Position numbers and translations under genes: made by a program | Notes under the pieces: model-generated | Seen by the model: only the letters and a program-made list of their open reading frames with translations | The model's database searches: none | Told to the model about the DNA's origin: nothing | NCBI GenBank assembly: GCA_934663595.1 | Contig: CAKUKM010000001.1 | Location: 22,187 to 86,186 of the forward strand | Direction of reading: 5' to 3' | Source of the DNA: an uncultured Clostridia bacterium | Lineage (GTDB): Bacteria; Bacillota; Clostridia; Christensenellales; Aristaeellaceae | DNA: 64,000 nt | Part shown: in pieces, positions 1 through 8,331 of the stretch | How positions within the stretch are numbered: the first letter of the stretch is position 1 | Layout of the letters: every line of letters starts with the position of its first letter

Positions 1-12
1 GGAGGAAGAAAA

Positions 13-567
13 ATGATCGTGCTGCATGCGGAATCGGAATTCAGCGGCGCGCGATCGGTGGTTGCGCTCGGCATGTTCGACGGCGTGCACATCGGCCACC
101 AGCGGTTGATTCGCCGCACGGTTGCGCTGGCGCGGGAGCTGAACGCAAGCGCAATCGTCTGCACGTTCGACCGGCATCCGCTGTCGGTCATCGCGCCGGA
201 AAGAGCGCCGGAGCCGGTGCTGCCGCTGGCGGAAAACCTTCAAAAATTTGAGCGGCTCGGCGCGGACTTCGCGATTGTGCGGCCGTTTACGCGCGAATTT
301 GCGGCCATGCCGCCGGAAGAGTACATTCGCCTGCTGTGCGAAACGCTGCATGCGGTCGCGATCGTGGTTGGCGAAAATTATACTTTCGGAGATCACGGCC
401 GCGGAAACGCGGAGCTGCTGCGCCGCCTCGCGCAGGAATGCGGCTATCGCGCCGAAATTATCCCGCCGGTAATGGTTGGCGAGCGCATGGCGTCGTCGAC
501 CTACATCCGCGAGCTCCGCCGCGAGGGCAAAAACCAGGAAGCGGAGAGATTGCTGAGAATTGAATAG
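13..567 (+). CDS. ribF: FMN adenylyltransferase / FAD synthetase (RibF N-terminal domain only)
   Basis: 184-aa ORF with GGAGG RBS at 1-5. GMFDGVHIGHQ nucleotidyltransferase motif and RibF-like sequence throughout. The TAG stop at 565-567 falls where the riboflavin-kinase domain normally begins. Confidence 0.8.
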   Translation: MIVLHAESEFSGARSVVALGMFDGVHIGHQRLIRRTVALARELNASAIVCTFDRHPLSVIAPERAPEPVLPLAENLQKFERLGADFAIVRPFTREFAAMPPEEYIRLLCETLHAVAIVVGENYTFGDHGRGNAELLRRLAQECGYRAEIIPPVMVGERMASSTYIRELRREGKNQEAERLLRIE

Positions 568-823
568 AAATACATCCTGTTTGCGTCCGTGAGAGGCTAT
601 GGCACGGAGAAGCAGATTGAGAAGCGCGATCGTAACCTCCTGCGATATCCAGACGGGAAAAACGGATCTGCCGCTTCGCTTAAACGGCACGGCGATTTCG
701 CACGTTTACTTTGAAGGCCTGACGAATCGAGCCAAACGGCCTCATCTTTCGGTTGGCTGCGAGGACGGCTCGCGCATCGAGCTGGACTTTGGCGGAATGG
801 GATTTGCGAAACCTGAAATATAG
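568..823 (+). pseudogene. possible decayed riboflavin-kinase domain of ribF (in-frame stop plus frameshift)
   Basis: The frame continuing after the TAG reads KYILFASVRGYGTEKQIEKRDRNLLRYPDG. A second frame reads NGTAISHVYFEG...SVGCEDGSRIELDFGGMGFAKPEI. Order and spacing loosely follow the flavokinase pattern (Y.l.G.V..G...G..lGfPTaNl...P.dGVY...niG..Pt...Ev.l.DF.gdlYGk.i), but the key residues are lost. Confidence 0.3.
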
Positions 824-825
824 AA

Positions 826-854
826 TTGCTTTATGGCCTCCATTGTGTTATAAT
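826..854 (+). promoter_or_regulatory. sigma-A type promoter for the rpiB-like gene
   Basis: TTGCTT (826-831), 17-nt spacer, TGtTATAAT extended -10 (846-854), 35 nt upstream of ATG 889. Confidence 0.55.
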
Positions 855-888
855 AAACGCAACAAATTAACAATTTGGAGGCGACAGT

Positions 889-1485
889 ATGAAGACGATC
901 AAGGACAAGCAGTTGCTCGTGGGCGCGGATTTCGCGGGTTATCCGCTGAAGGAGGCCGTTTGCGCGCATCTTCGCGCGAAGGGCTGGACGATTACGGACG
1001 TGGGCGTGACGGATCCGAGCGTTGAGGATACCGAAAATATGTTCCATCGCATCGGCCTGCGCGTGGGCGCGCTGATTGCGGAGCGCGAATTTGAGCGCGC
1101 GCTGGTGTTCTGCGGAACGGGCATGGGCATTCACATTGCGGCCAGCAAGTGTCCGCACGTGCATGCGGGCGTGGTGGAATCGGTGCCGGCGGCGCTGCGC
1201 GCGATTACCGGAAACGGCGTGAACGTGCTGGCGATGGGCGCGTTTTATGTCGCGCCGCAGATGGGCTGCGACATTGCGGACGCGTATCTGAACGCCGAGC
1301 TCGGCAGCGGCTATGAATGGTGGAAGAATTTTTATGAATTCCACAAGCTGGCGATCGACGAGCTGGAGGCATTCGACTATGAAACCTACAAGAAAAACGG
1401 CTTCAAGGTCGAGCATCTGGGCGATTATCCGCTTTCGCTGGAAACGAAGGACGATCTCCGCTTCCAGCTGAGGGGAGACGAATAA
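889..1485 (+). CDS. RpiB/LacA/LacB family sugar-phosphate isomerase with about 50-aa C-terminal extension
   Basis: 198-aa ORF with GGAG RBS. Family-typical GADFAG...CGTGMGI...NVLAMGA pattern. The SDH of canonical RpiB is replaced by ADF. Confidence 0.7.
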   Translation: MKTIKDKQLLVGADFAGYPLKEAVCAHLRAKGWTITDVGVTDPSVEDTENMFHRIGLRVGALIAEREFERALVFCGTGMGIHIAASKCPHVHAGVVESVPAALRAITGNGVNVLAMGAFYVAPQMGCDIADAYLNAELGSGYEWWKNFYEFHKLAIDELEAFDYETYKKNGFKVEHLGDYPLSLETKDDLRFQLRGDE

Positions 1486-1491
1486 GAGAAG

Positions 1492-2091
1492 ATGGATCGG
1501 CGCGGAAGAATCCGATCGAAGCTCTCCGGAAGACAGATCCCGAAGGCGGCGCATATGCTGCTTTCGGGATTTGCAATTTGCTTTCCGGCAATATTCGCGG
1601 CGATGCTTGGCGAGACGGAAGGCTGCATTGCCGGCTTTTTCCTGTTTGCGGGGCTGCTGCTGTGCGCCATGCTTGCGGAGAATCGGATTGTATTCGAATT
1701 TCGGCAGGAGAAATACGTCGCGCTGAACGGCTGCGGCCTGAAAAAGCGCGCCGTTGCACTCGACAGCATAAGGGCGCTGGCCGTCGTTGCGGCGGCATGG
1801 AACGGGCCGGGATACAATCGCGGGCTGAGCTATTGCGATACGACGGGAAGAAGGCGGCCTTATCCGCAGCTGCTTTTGTATACGGATCGCGATAATGTCG
1901 AATGGCAGGGCGGCAATATGTGCCCATACAGCGGCTGCGCGGGCGATTTTATACTGGTCGGGGGCAATCTCGAGGTGTTCCGAAGCATCGTGGATGGAAC
2001 GAAATGCAATATATATGTGGATAAAGCGGCCGCCGAAGGGCTGACGCTGCCGGAAGGGCGCGTTTGGGAATTGCGCGCGAATGAAGGGTGA
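1492..2091 (+). CDS. hypothetical membrane protein
   Basis: 199-aa ORF with two hydrophobic helices (LLSGFAICFPAIFAAML, IAGFFLFAGLLLCAML). Its stop abuts the next ATG. No family recognised. Confidence 0.4.
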   Translation: MDRRGRIRSKLSGRQIPKAAHMLLSGFAICFPAIFAAMLGETEGCIAGFFLFAGLLLCAMLAENRIVFEFRQEKYVALNGCGLKKRAVALDSIRALAVVAAAWNGPGYNRGLSYCDTTGRRRPYPQLLLYTDRDNVEWQGGNMCPYSGCAGDFILVGGNLEVFRSIVDGTKCNIYVDKAAAEGLTLPEGRVWELRANEG

Positions 2092-2576
2092 ATGAATAAC
2101 ATGCTTGAATGGAAAAGAATCGAATCCGAGGGCGACTTTGCGGCGTTTTCCCGGCTTGTGTTCAATGAGCGGTCATGCAAATGGACATGGGCCGAGCGTT
2201 CACGCCGGAGGAAGCGGAGGGCTATTTTGCATTTCTGCTCCGCTACAACCGCGAAAATCCGGATTCGGGAATGTATATGGTCTTTGACGGCGGCACATTT
2301 CTCGGCGTGGGCGCGCTGTTCGTTCGTCCGGAGGGCGCGGAGGTGGAGTACATGCTGCTGCCTGAATATTGGAATCGCGGCTATGCGACGAAAATCGTGG
2401 GCGAGCTGCTGCGAATTGCGCGGAAAATCCCCGAATTGCATCAGATTCGCGCAATGATGGATCCACAAAACGCCGCGTCGAAGCGCGTGCTGATCAAAAA
2501 CGGCTTCAAGCGCGAGAAAACCGTCCACATCGACGAAGATGACAGCGACGCGGAGGTTTATTGCATTCAATGGTAA
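2092..2576 (+). pseudogene. GNAT family N-acetyltransferase, apparent 1-nt frameshift near 2166-2172 (or a 133-aa product from ATG 2175)
   Basis: The frame from ATG 2092 gives a GNAT-like N-terminus, MNNMLEWKRIESEGDFAAFSRLVFNE. The rest (AVMQMDMGRAFTPEEAEGYF...EYWNRGYATKIV...NAASKRVLIKNGF) continues in another frame that overlaps by one base. Confidence 0.5.
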
Positions 2577-2608
2577 AAAGCAGGGCGTTCCACGCGAATG
2601 CCCTGCTT

Positions 2609-4126
2609 TTATGTGTCCTCGAGGTGAATTTCGAGGCGAGCGGACCACAATTCGGGGATTTGCTCGTCGGAGAAAGCGTCTCGCAGATTTTTGTGATACG
2701 AGTATTTCAAGCTTAGAGTGAGCACCTGCGGCGGCGAATCCTTTTCGAGCGGCGTAACGCGCCAGCTTGCGCTGAACGATGGCAAGCTGCTTTCATTCAG
2801 CTTGAAGGATGCAAGCGCTTCGGTGTGCGTTTCTGCAAACGGTTCGCCGAGCAGCGCGGTGGTTGCCTGAATCCACTGTTCGCCCATATCGAGCAGCGCG
2901 CGCATTTCGGATTCGCTGAACGCCTCTCCATCGGCGTAAATGGCGGAAATCTTCGATGCGCTGCCGGAGAGCGTGTAGTCCATGCCGTTTAAAGAAAACG
3001 AGCGCCTGAGCACGGGAAAGGCGTCTTCGAGCCGCGCCCGGTCGTTTCCAAGGCACGCCAGGATCGCGCTTTCGGTTGGAAACAGTTCTTCGACCGTCGT
3101 GCCCACGGAGAACAGCAGCTGCGAATGCAGCGAAAGAATCAGAACCGCAATCGCAATCAGCCAGCTTGCGGCCTTGCGCGAGGGGCGCAGAATGGCGGCG
3201 ACGCGCTGCTGAATCAGCTCGGCGCCCGCGGTAAAATAGAGCGCTATGCCGGACAGCGACCGCGTTTCCGCCAGATCGGTCAGCAGGCGCGCATAGCGGA
3301 TTCGATCCGCCTTCGTCGTTTTCGGCGGGGAAATCAGCATTTCATCCACGGCGAATTCCATATCGCGCCGGACCAGCTTCGCGTAAATGTGAACGAACGG
3401 ATTGAACCAGAAGAGGTCGCAGAGCAGGTCCAGCCGAGCGATCGCGCCCAGATGCCCGGCGGAAATGTGCGCCAGCTCGTGCCGGAGAATCCATTGGAGC
3501 TGTTCGGGCGAATAATCCGTTCGATCCAGCGCAATGGTCGGCTCCTTCAGGGAAATCGTACACGGCGATTTCAGCCCGGGAACGACAATCAGCGCAATAT
3601 TGTGGTCCATAAGCTCGTCAAACAGCGGAAGCTTTACGGGATATTCCTCCAGCAGAGGGCGAAATACTCCGAAAAGCTCCGGCGGGCAGGGCTGCGCGTT
3701 TTTGCGAATCAGCTTTCGCAGCTTCCGATTTGAGCGACCGCGAATGTCGCCGGCGACGAAGAGTCCGACCCAGTAAACAATGAATGCAATTTTTCGCACA
3801 TCCACGGGGCCGATCGACGGAATTTCGACGAACTGCGATTCAATTCGCGAGGGAATTGGAATGTGGAGAATCGGCCGGATGTGGGGCAAATAGTCCAGAC
3901 GAAGCGCGTCCCACAGCTGCGGGCTCGTCAGAATGGTCAGCAGCAGCGCGGATCCAAATACGCCGGTCAATGCGCGCGCGGACACGACGCGGCGCAGGGG
4001 CTTGTGAAACAGCGCAAGCAGCGCGATCACAAGAGTCATGGAAAGCGCAATGGTCAGCAGCTCTTCTATGCGGAAAGCGCCGTAAAACATGCGTATGCCT
4101 CCGCGAATCCAGTTGATTACGCTCAT
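2609..4126 (-). CDS. BlaR1/M56 family membrane zinc-peptidase signal transducer
   Basis: 505 aa with a 4-nt overlap with the upstream BlaI-type gene. N-terminal TM segments and HELAHISAGH (HExxH). The C-terminal extracytoplasmic domain of about 190 aa is not recognisable as a penicillin-binding sensor. Confidence 0.8.
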   Translation of the reverse strand: MSVINWIRGGIRMFYGAFRIEELLTIALSMTLVIALLALFHKPLRRVVSARALTGVFGSALLLTILTSPQLWDALRLDYLPHIRPILHIPIPSRIESQFVEIPSIGPVDVRKIAFIVYWVGLFVAGDIRGRSNRKLRKLIRKNAQPCPPELFGVFRPLLEEYPVKLPLFDELMDHNIALIVVPGLKSPCTISLKEPTIALDRTDYSPEQLQWILRHELAHISAGHLGAIARLDLLCDLFWFNPFVHIYAKLVRRDMEFAVDEMLISPPKTTKADRIRYARLLTDLAETRSLSGIALYFTAGAELIQQRVAAILRPSRKAASWLIAIAVLILSLHSQLLFSVGTTVEELFPTESAILACLGNDRARLEDAFPVLRRSFSLNGMDYTLSGSASKISAIYADGEAFSESEMRALLDMGEQWIQATTALLGEPFAETHTEALASFKLNESSLPSFSASWRVTPLEKDSPPQVLTLSLKYSYHKNLRDAFSDEQIPELWSARLEIHLEDT

Positions 4127-4494
4127 TTCTCGTCCTCGTATTCGTCAATCAGTTGGCGAATGCGATCGGCTTCTTCCTTCGTGATCGCCGCGCCGCCGGT
4201 AAATGCCTGCACCATGTCCGCGAGCGAGCCGGAAAACGTTCGCCTCAGAAACGATTGGCTTTCGCTCAACTGAATCGCCTCGCGGCTGATCAGCGATGTG
4301 ACCACCGAATCCTTTACCGCCAGAATGCCGCGGTCGCACAGCCTTTTCAGCTGTGTATACGTCGTTGTGCGCTTCCAATGGAGCTGCAGCGCGCATTGCT
4401 CGACCAGCGCGCGCGTCGTCATCGGCTCGTTTTCCCATACGATGCACGCGAGCTGGTATTCGGAATCAAATATTTTCGGCGAATTCATGCGCAT
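4123..4494 (-). CDS. BlaI/MecI/CopY family transcriptional repressor
   Basis: 123 aa with a winged-helix N-terminus (YQLACIVWENEPMTTRALVEQ...WKRTTTYTQLKRLCDRGIL). Paired with the M56 gene. Confidence 0.85.
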   Translation of the reverse strand: MRMNSPKIFDSEYQLACIVWENEPMTTRALVEQCALQLHWKRTTTYTQLKRLCDRGILAVKDSVVTSLISREAIQLSESQSFLRRTFSGSLADMVQAFTGGAAITKEEADRIRQLIDEYEDEK

Positions 4495-4500
4495 CCCTCT

Positions 4501-4549
4501 TGTCTAATGCATTCGACAAAAGTCTAACAGATTAGACAGAATTTGTCAA
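4501..4549 (-). promoter_or_regulatory. promoter of the blaI/blaR1 pair with two dyad operators
   Basis: On the minus strand: TTGACA (4549-4544), 17 nt, TAGACT (4526-4521). Dyads GTCTAA-cag a-TTAGAC (4522-4537, over the -10) and TGTCTAATGCATTCGACA (4501-4518). Confidence 0.55.
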
Positions 4550-4551
4550 GC

Positions 4552-4579
4552 AAAAAAAGCCGCCGCGAAATGCGACGGC
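4552..4579 (-). terminator. intrinsic terminator after metK
   Basis: On the minus strand: GCCGUCGC-auuuc-GCGGCGGC followed by U7. Confidence 0.7.
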
Positions 4580-4587
4580 ACAATTTT

Positions 4588-5745
4588 TTACAGCTTTTTC
4601 GCGGCTTCCTTGAGGAGGTCGACTTTGTCGAGGTGCTCCCAGGGGAGGTCGACGTCGGTGCGGCCGAAGTGGCCGTACGCAGCGGTGGCGGCGTAAATCG
4701 GGCGCTTGAGATCGAGATCGCGGATGATCGCGGCGGGGCGGAGGTCGAAGCACTGCTCAACCAGCTCGGCCAGCTTGTCGTCCGGCAGCTTGCCGGTGCC
4801 CTCGGTATCGACGAACACGGAAACGGGCTTCGCCACGCCGATCGCGTAGGCCACGCCAATTTCGCATTTGTCCGCAAGGCCCGCGGCCACCAGATTCTTC
4901 GCGACATGGCGCATTGCATACGCGGCGCTGCGGTCGACCTTGCTCGGGTCCTTGCCGGAGAACGCGCCGCCGCCGTGGTGCGCATAGCCGCCATAGGTGT
5001 CGACGATGATCTTTCTGCCGGTCAGGCCGGAGTCGCCCTGCGGGCCGCCGACGACGAAGCGGCCGGTCGGGTTGACGAAGTACTTCGTATTCTCATCCAG
5101 CAGCGCTTCGGGCAGTACGGGGCGCACGACGTGCGCGAGAATGTCCTCGCGAATCTGCTCCTGCGAGACGTCCGGCGCATGCTGCGTGGAGATGACGACC
5201 GCCTCAATGCGAACGACGCGGTTGTCGTCGTATTCGACGGTGACCTGCGATTTTCCGTCGGGACGGAGATAGGGGAGCGTGCCGTTTTTGCGAACCTCGG
5301 TCAGACGGCGGCTGAGCTTGTGCGAGAGGGAGATGGCGAGCGGCATGTATTCCTCGGTCTCGTTGCACGCGTAGCCGAACATCATGCCCTGGTCGCCCGC
5401 GCCCTGATCCATATCGACCTCGCGATTGACGCCCTGCGCGATGTCCGGAGACTGCTCGTCGAGGCTGACCAGCACGGAGCAGGAATGGCCGTCGAAGCCG
5501 TATTTCGCGCGGTCATAGCCGATTTCGACGATCTTTTTGCGAACGATATCGCTGATCGGGACATACGCGCTGGTCGAAATTTCGCCCATGACCAGCACCA
5601 TGCCGGTGGTTGCGGCGCATTCGCAGGCGACGTGCGCGTTCGGATCCTGCGCGAGAATCGCGTCCAGAATCGAATCGGAAATCTGGTCGCAGATTTTATC
5701 GGGATGTCCTTCGGTCACGGATTCGGAAGTAAAGAAATGACGCAT
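4588..5745 (-). CDS. metK: S-adenosylmethionine synthetase
   Basis: 385 aa with [12 protein letters not shown] and full-length MetK-like sequence. GGAGGA RBS. Confidence 0.95.
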   Translation of the reverse strand: MRHFFTSESVTEGHPDKICDQISDSILDAILAQDPNAHVACECAATTGMVLVMGEISTSAYVPISDIVRKKIVEIGYDRAKYGFDGHSCSVLVSLDEQSPDIAQGVNREVDMDQGAGDQGMMFGYACNETEEYMPLAISLSHKLSRRLTEVRKNGTLPYLRPDGKSQVTVEYDDNRVVRIEAVVISTQHAPDVSQEQIREDILAHVVRPVLPEALLDENTKYFVNPTGRFVVGGPQGDSGLTGRKIIVDTYGGYAHHGGGAFSGKDPSKVDRSAAYAMRHVAKNLVAAGLADKCEIGVAYAIGVAKPVSVFVDTEGTGKLPDDKLAELVEQCFDLRPAAIIRDLDLKRPIYAATAAYGHFGRTDVDLPWEHLDKVDLLKEAAKKL

Positions 5746-5775
5746 TTTGGTTCCTCCTGAAGTAAATAGGTCAAT

Positions 5776-5924
5776 AAAAAACCCGCCTGCAGGGCGAGTC
5801 AGAAAAAAGCTTTTCCACTCGCCTCATCTTCCGGCGTTACCGCCGCGGGAATTGGCACCTTGCCGAATAATCGACCGGTTGCCGGGTTTCATCGGGCCCG
5901 TCCCTCAACCACTCTGGATAAGGC
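5776..5924 (-). promoter_or_regulatory. SAM-I riboswitch with terminator expression platform in the metK leader
   Basis: The minus strand reads CUUAUCCAGAGUGGUUGAGGGACGGGCCCGAUGAAACCCGGCAACC...GGUGCCAAUUCC...AGAUGAG, with P1 CUUAUC/GAUGAG. This is followed by CUCGCC-cugca-GGCGGG-U6. Confidence 0.9.
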
Positions 5925-5947
5925 TTGTTCTTCAATTGCCAAAAGAC

Positions 5948-5976
5948 ATTATAGCGCAATCCGCGGTGCATGTCAA
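5948..5976 (-). promoter_or_regulatory. consensus promoter for the metK leader
   Basis: Minus strand: TTGACA, 17 nt, TATAAT. Confidence 0.7.
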
Positions 5977-5988
5977 TGAATTTGACGT

Positions 5989-6021
5989 AAAAAAGGCGAA
6001 GAAGCGTTTTGCTTCCTCGCC
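5989..6021 (-). terminator. intrinsic terminator after the EF-G paralog
   Basis: Minus strand: GGCGAGGAAGC-aaaac-GCUUCUUCGCC followed by U6. Confidence 0.7.
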
Positions 6022-6034
6022 CTTGGGGCTGAAA

Positions 6035-8116
6035 TTAATCCTCGTCTTCCTCTTCGCGCTTGCAGGCTTCGACGATCTTTTTCGCATCCGCCGCGGGGAC
6101 TTCCTCGTAGCGCTCGAAGGTCATCGTGAACGAGCCGCGCGCCTGCGTCATGGAACGCAGATCGGTCGCGTACTTGAACATCTCGGAAAGCGGCGCTTCG
6201 GCAGTGACGCGCTGGAGCTCGCCCACCTTGTCCATGCCCATGATGCGGCCGCGGCGCTTGTTCATGTCGCCGATGATGTCGCCCATGTACTGATCCGGCA
6301 CGTCCACTTCGACGTGGTAGATCGGCTCGAGCAGAACCGGCATAGCGGTGGTCAGCTGCTTGAACGCCAGACGGGCCGCCGTCTTGAACGCCATTTCGGA
6401 GGAGTCGACCGGGTGATAGCCGCCGTCGTAGAGCTCGGCGGTCAGACCGACGACCGGGAAGCCGGCCATAACGCCGTGCTTGATGTTGTCGCGCAGGCCC
6501 TTTTCAACCGCGGGGATGAAGTTGCGCGGTACGGTGCCGCCGACGACGGAATCGACAAAGTGGAACTCGGTATCGTTCGGGTCGTCGTTCGGACGGAACT
6601 TGATCTTGACGTCGCCGAACTGGCCGTGTCCGCCGGACTGCTTCTTGTGGCGGCCTTCAACGTCGATCGGCTTGCGGATGGACTCGCGATACGGGATCTT
6701 GGGATCCTGCAGCACGCACTCCGCGCCGAACTTGCTGGCCAGCTTCTTCGCGATGACTTCGATGTGCATCTCGCCCAGACCGGACAGGACGCTCTCGGTG
6801 GTCTCGACGTTCTTTTCAACCTTGATCGTTGGATCCTCTTCCATCAGACGCGCAAGACCGGAGAAGATCTTGTCTTCTTCGCCCGCCTTCTTGGCGTAAA
6901 CGGCCTTGGAGATGCAGGGCGCCGGGAAGTGGAGCTCGTCGAAGCGAACGGGATTCGCCGCGTCGCACAGGGTGTTGCCGGTGGCAACGGTCTGCAGCTT
7001 CGCCAGCGCGCACAGGTCGCCCGCGCACACGCGCGTGGTCGTGGTCTGCTTCTTGCCCTTCAGGATGTAAATCGTGCCGGGCTTTTCGGTCTTTTCCGCA
7101 TTCGCGTTGTACAGCGTGATGTCCGGGGTCAGCGCGCCGGAGGTGATCTTCATCAGCGACAGCTTGCCGACGAACGGGTCCGCCATGGTCTTGAACACGC
7201 GCGCGGAGAAGGGCTGATCGTCCGCGCAGATGCGCTCGACGGCTTCACCGGTCTTCGGGTTCACGCCGGTGAGCACTCCGCCCGCCGGAGACGGCATCAG
7301 GTCGATGATGTTGTCGAGCAGCTTCGCAAGACCCACGCGGGTGATGCCGGAGCAGCATACGACCGGAACGACCGTGCCTTCCACGATGCCCTTGCGCAGG
7401 CCGTGCATCATCTCTTCGAAGGACAGCTCGCCTTCCTCAAAGAACTTCTCCATCAGTTCGTCGTCCGCGCCGGCGGCCGCTTCCATGATGGCTTCGCGCG
7501 CAGATTCGACCTCGTCCGCAACGGAGGCGGGGATGTCGGTGGCCTTCAGGGTCTTGCCCTCGCCGATGAACGCCTTGTTCTCCAGAACGCACGCAACGCC
7601 GGTGAACTTGCCGCCTTCCACGATCGGAACCTGAATCGGCGCGATGTGGCTGCCGTACTTGGCGGTGATGGTGCCGAGCGCCTTTTCGAAGTTGGCGTTC
7701 TCGCGATCCATCTGGTTGATGACGATCATGCGGGAAGTATGGGACTTGTCGCACATCGCCCACGCCTTTTCAGCGCCGACGGACAGGCCGGAAACCGCGC
7801 CCACGGTGATCAGAGCGGCGTCGGAAACGGCCATCGGGCCGACCTGCTCGCCTGCGAAATCAAAGTAACCCGGAATATCGATCAGGTTGATCTTGGTCTC
7901 CTTCCACTCCAGCGGCGCCATCGCGGCGGAGATGGAAATCTGACGGCGAGTCTCTTCCGGATCGTAGTCCGTGGTGGTGGTGCCGTCTTCTACGCGGCCC
8001 TGGCGATCGATCGCGCCGGCGGTGAAGAGAAGGGCTTCCACCAGAGTGGTCTTGCCTTCGCTGCCGTGACCAACAACGGAGAGGTTGCGGATATTCTTGG
8101 CCTGATAATCTTTCAT
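6035..8116 (-). CDS. elongation factor G paralog (EF-G II-like translational GTPase)
   Basis: 693 aa with full EF-G domain order. G1 is GHGSEGKT, G3 is DIPGYFDF, G4 is NQMD. It stands alone, not in an rpsL-rpsG-fusA-tuf context. Confidence 0.85.
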   Translation of the reverse strand: MKDYQAKNIRNLSVVGHGSEGKTTLVEALLFTAGAIDRQGRVEDGTTTTDYDPEETRRQISISAAMAPLEWKETKINLIDIPGYFDFAGEQVGPMAVSDAALITVGAVSGLSVGAEKAWAMCDKSHTSRMIVINQMDRENANFEKALGTITAKYGSHIAPIQVPIVEGGKFTGVACVLENKAFIGEGKTLKATDIPASVADEVESAREAIMEAAAGADDELMEKFFEEGELSFEEMMHGLRKGIVEGTVVPVVCCSGITRVGLAKLLDNIIDLMPSPAGGVLTGVNPKTGEAVERICADDQPFSARVFKTMADPFVGKLSLMKITSGALTPDITLYNANAEKTEKPGTIYILKGKKQTTTTRVCAGDLCALAKLQTVATGNTLCDAANPVRFDELHFPAPCISKAVYAKKAGEEDKIFSGLARLMEEDPTIKVEKNVETTESVLSGLGEMHIEVIAKKLASKFGAECVLQDPKIPYRESIRKPIDVEGRHKKQSGGHGQFGDVKIKFRPNDDPNDTEFHFVDSVVGGTVPRNFIPAVEKGLRDNIKHGVMAGFPVVGLTAELYDGGYHPVDSSEMAFKTAARLAFKQLTTAMPVLLEPIYHVEVDVPDQYMGDIIGDMNKRRGRIMGMDKVGELQRVTAEAPLSEMFKYATDLRSMTQARGSFTMTFERYEEVPAADAKKIVEACKREEEDED

Positions 8117-8331
8117 GAATGAATTCCCCCTGTTTGAATGTACTCCTGCGTCTCACGACAGTGCAGGTCTGGCAGAGGCGGCGTGCGCGAGCGCTGTTTC
8201 ACCTCATATGCCATAGTATTCTTATTTTAACAGAAAATCCTTGATTTGAAAAGTACCTTTTGACAGGTTTTTTTGTTTTAACGTGGAAATAGGTAAGAAA
8301 AGTTGCATTTTAACACCGGGAGGACGAAAAA

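Noticed and set aside
599-823. 74-aa ORF in the ribF-rpiB gap as a genuine small protein.
   Set aside because: It has a poor RBS. Its sequence is better explained as part of a degraded riboflavin-kinase remnant. This is uncertain either way.
5747-8122. 791-aa plus-strand ORF covering the whole EF-G locus. Similar long shadow ORFs occur at 4543-5760, 12456-13808, 15426-16628 and 16616-18481.
   Set aside because: These are antisense to genes with unambiguous family motifs. Their translations are Arg/Ala/Gly-rich low-complexity strings with no motifs, which is typical of GC-rich shadow frames.
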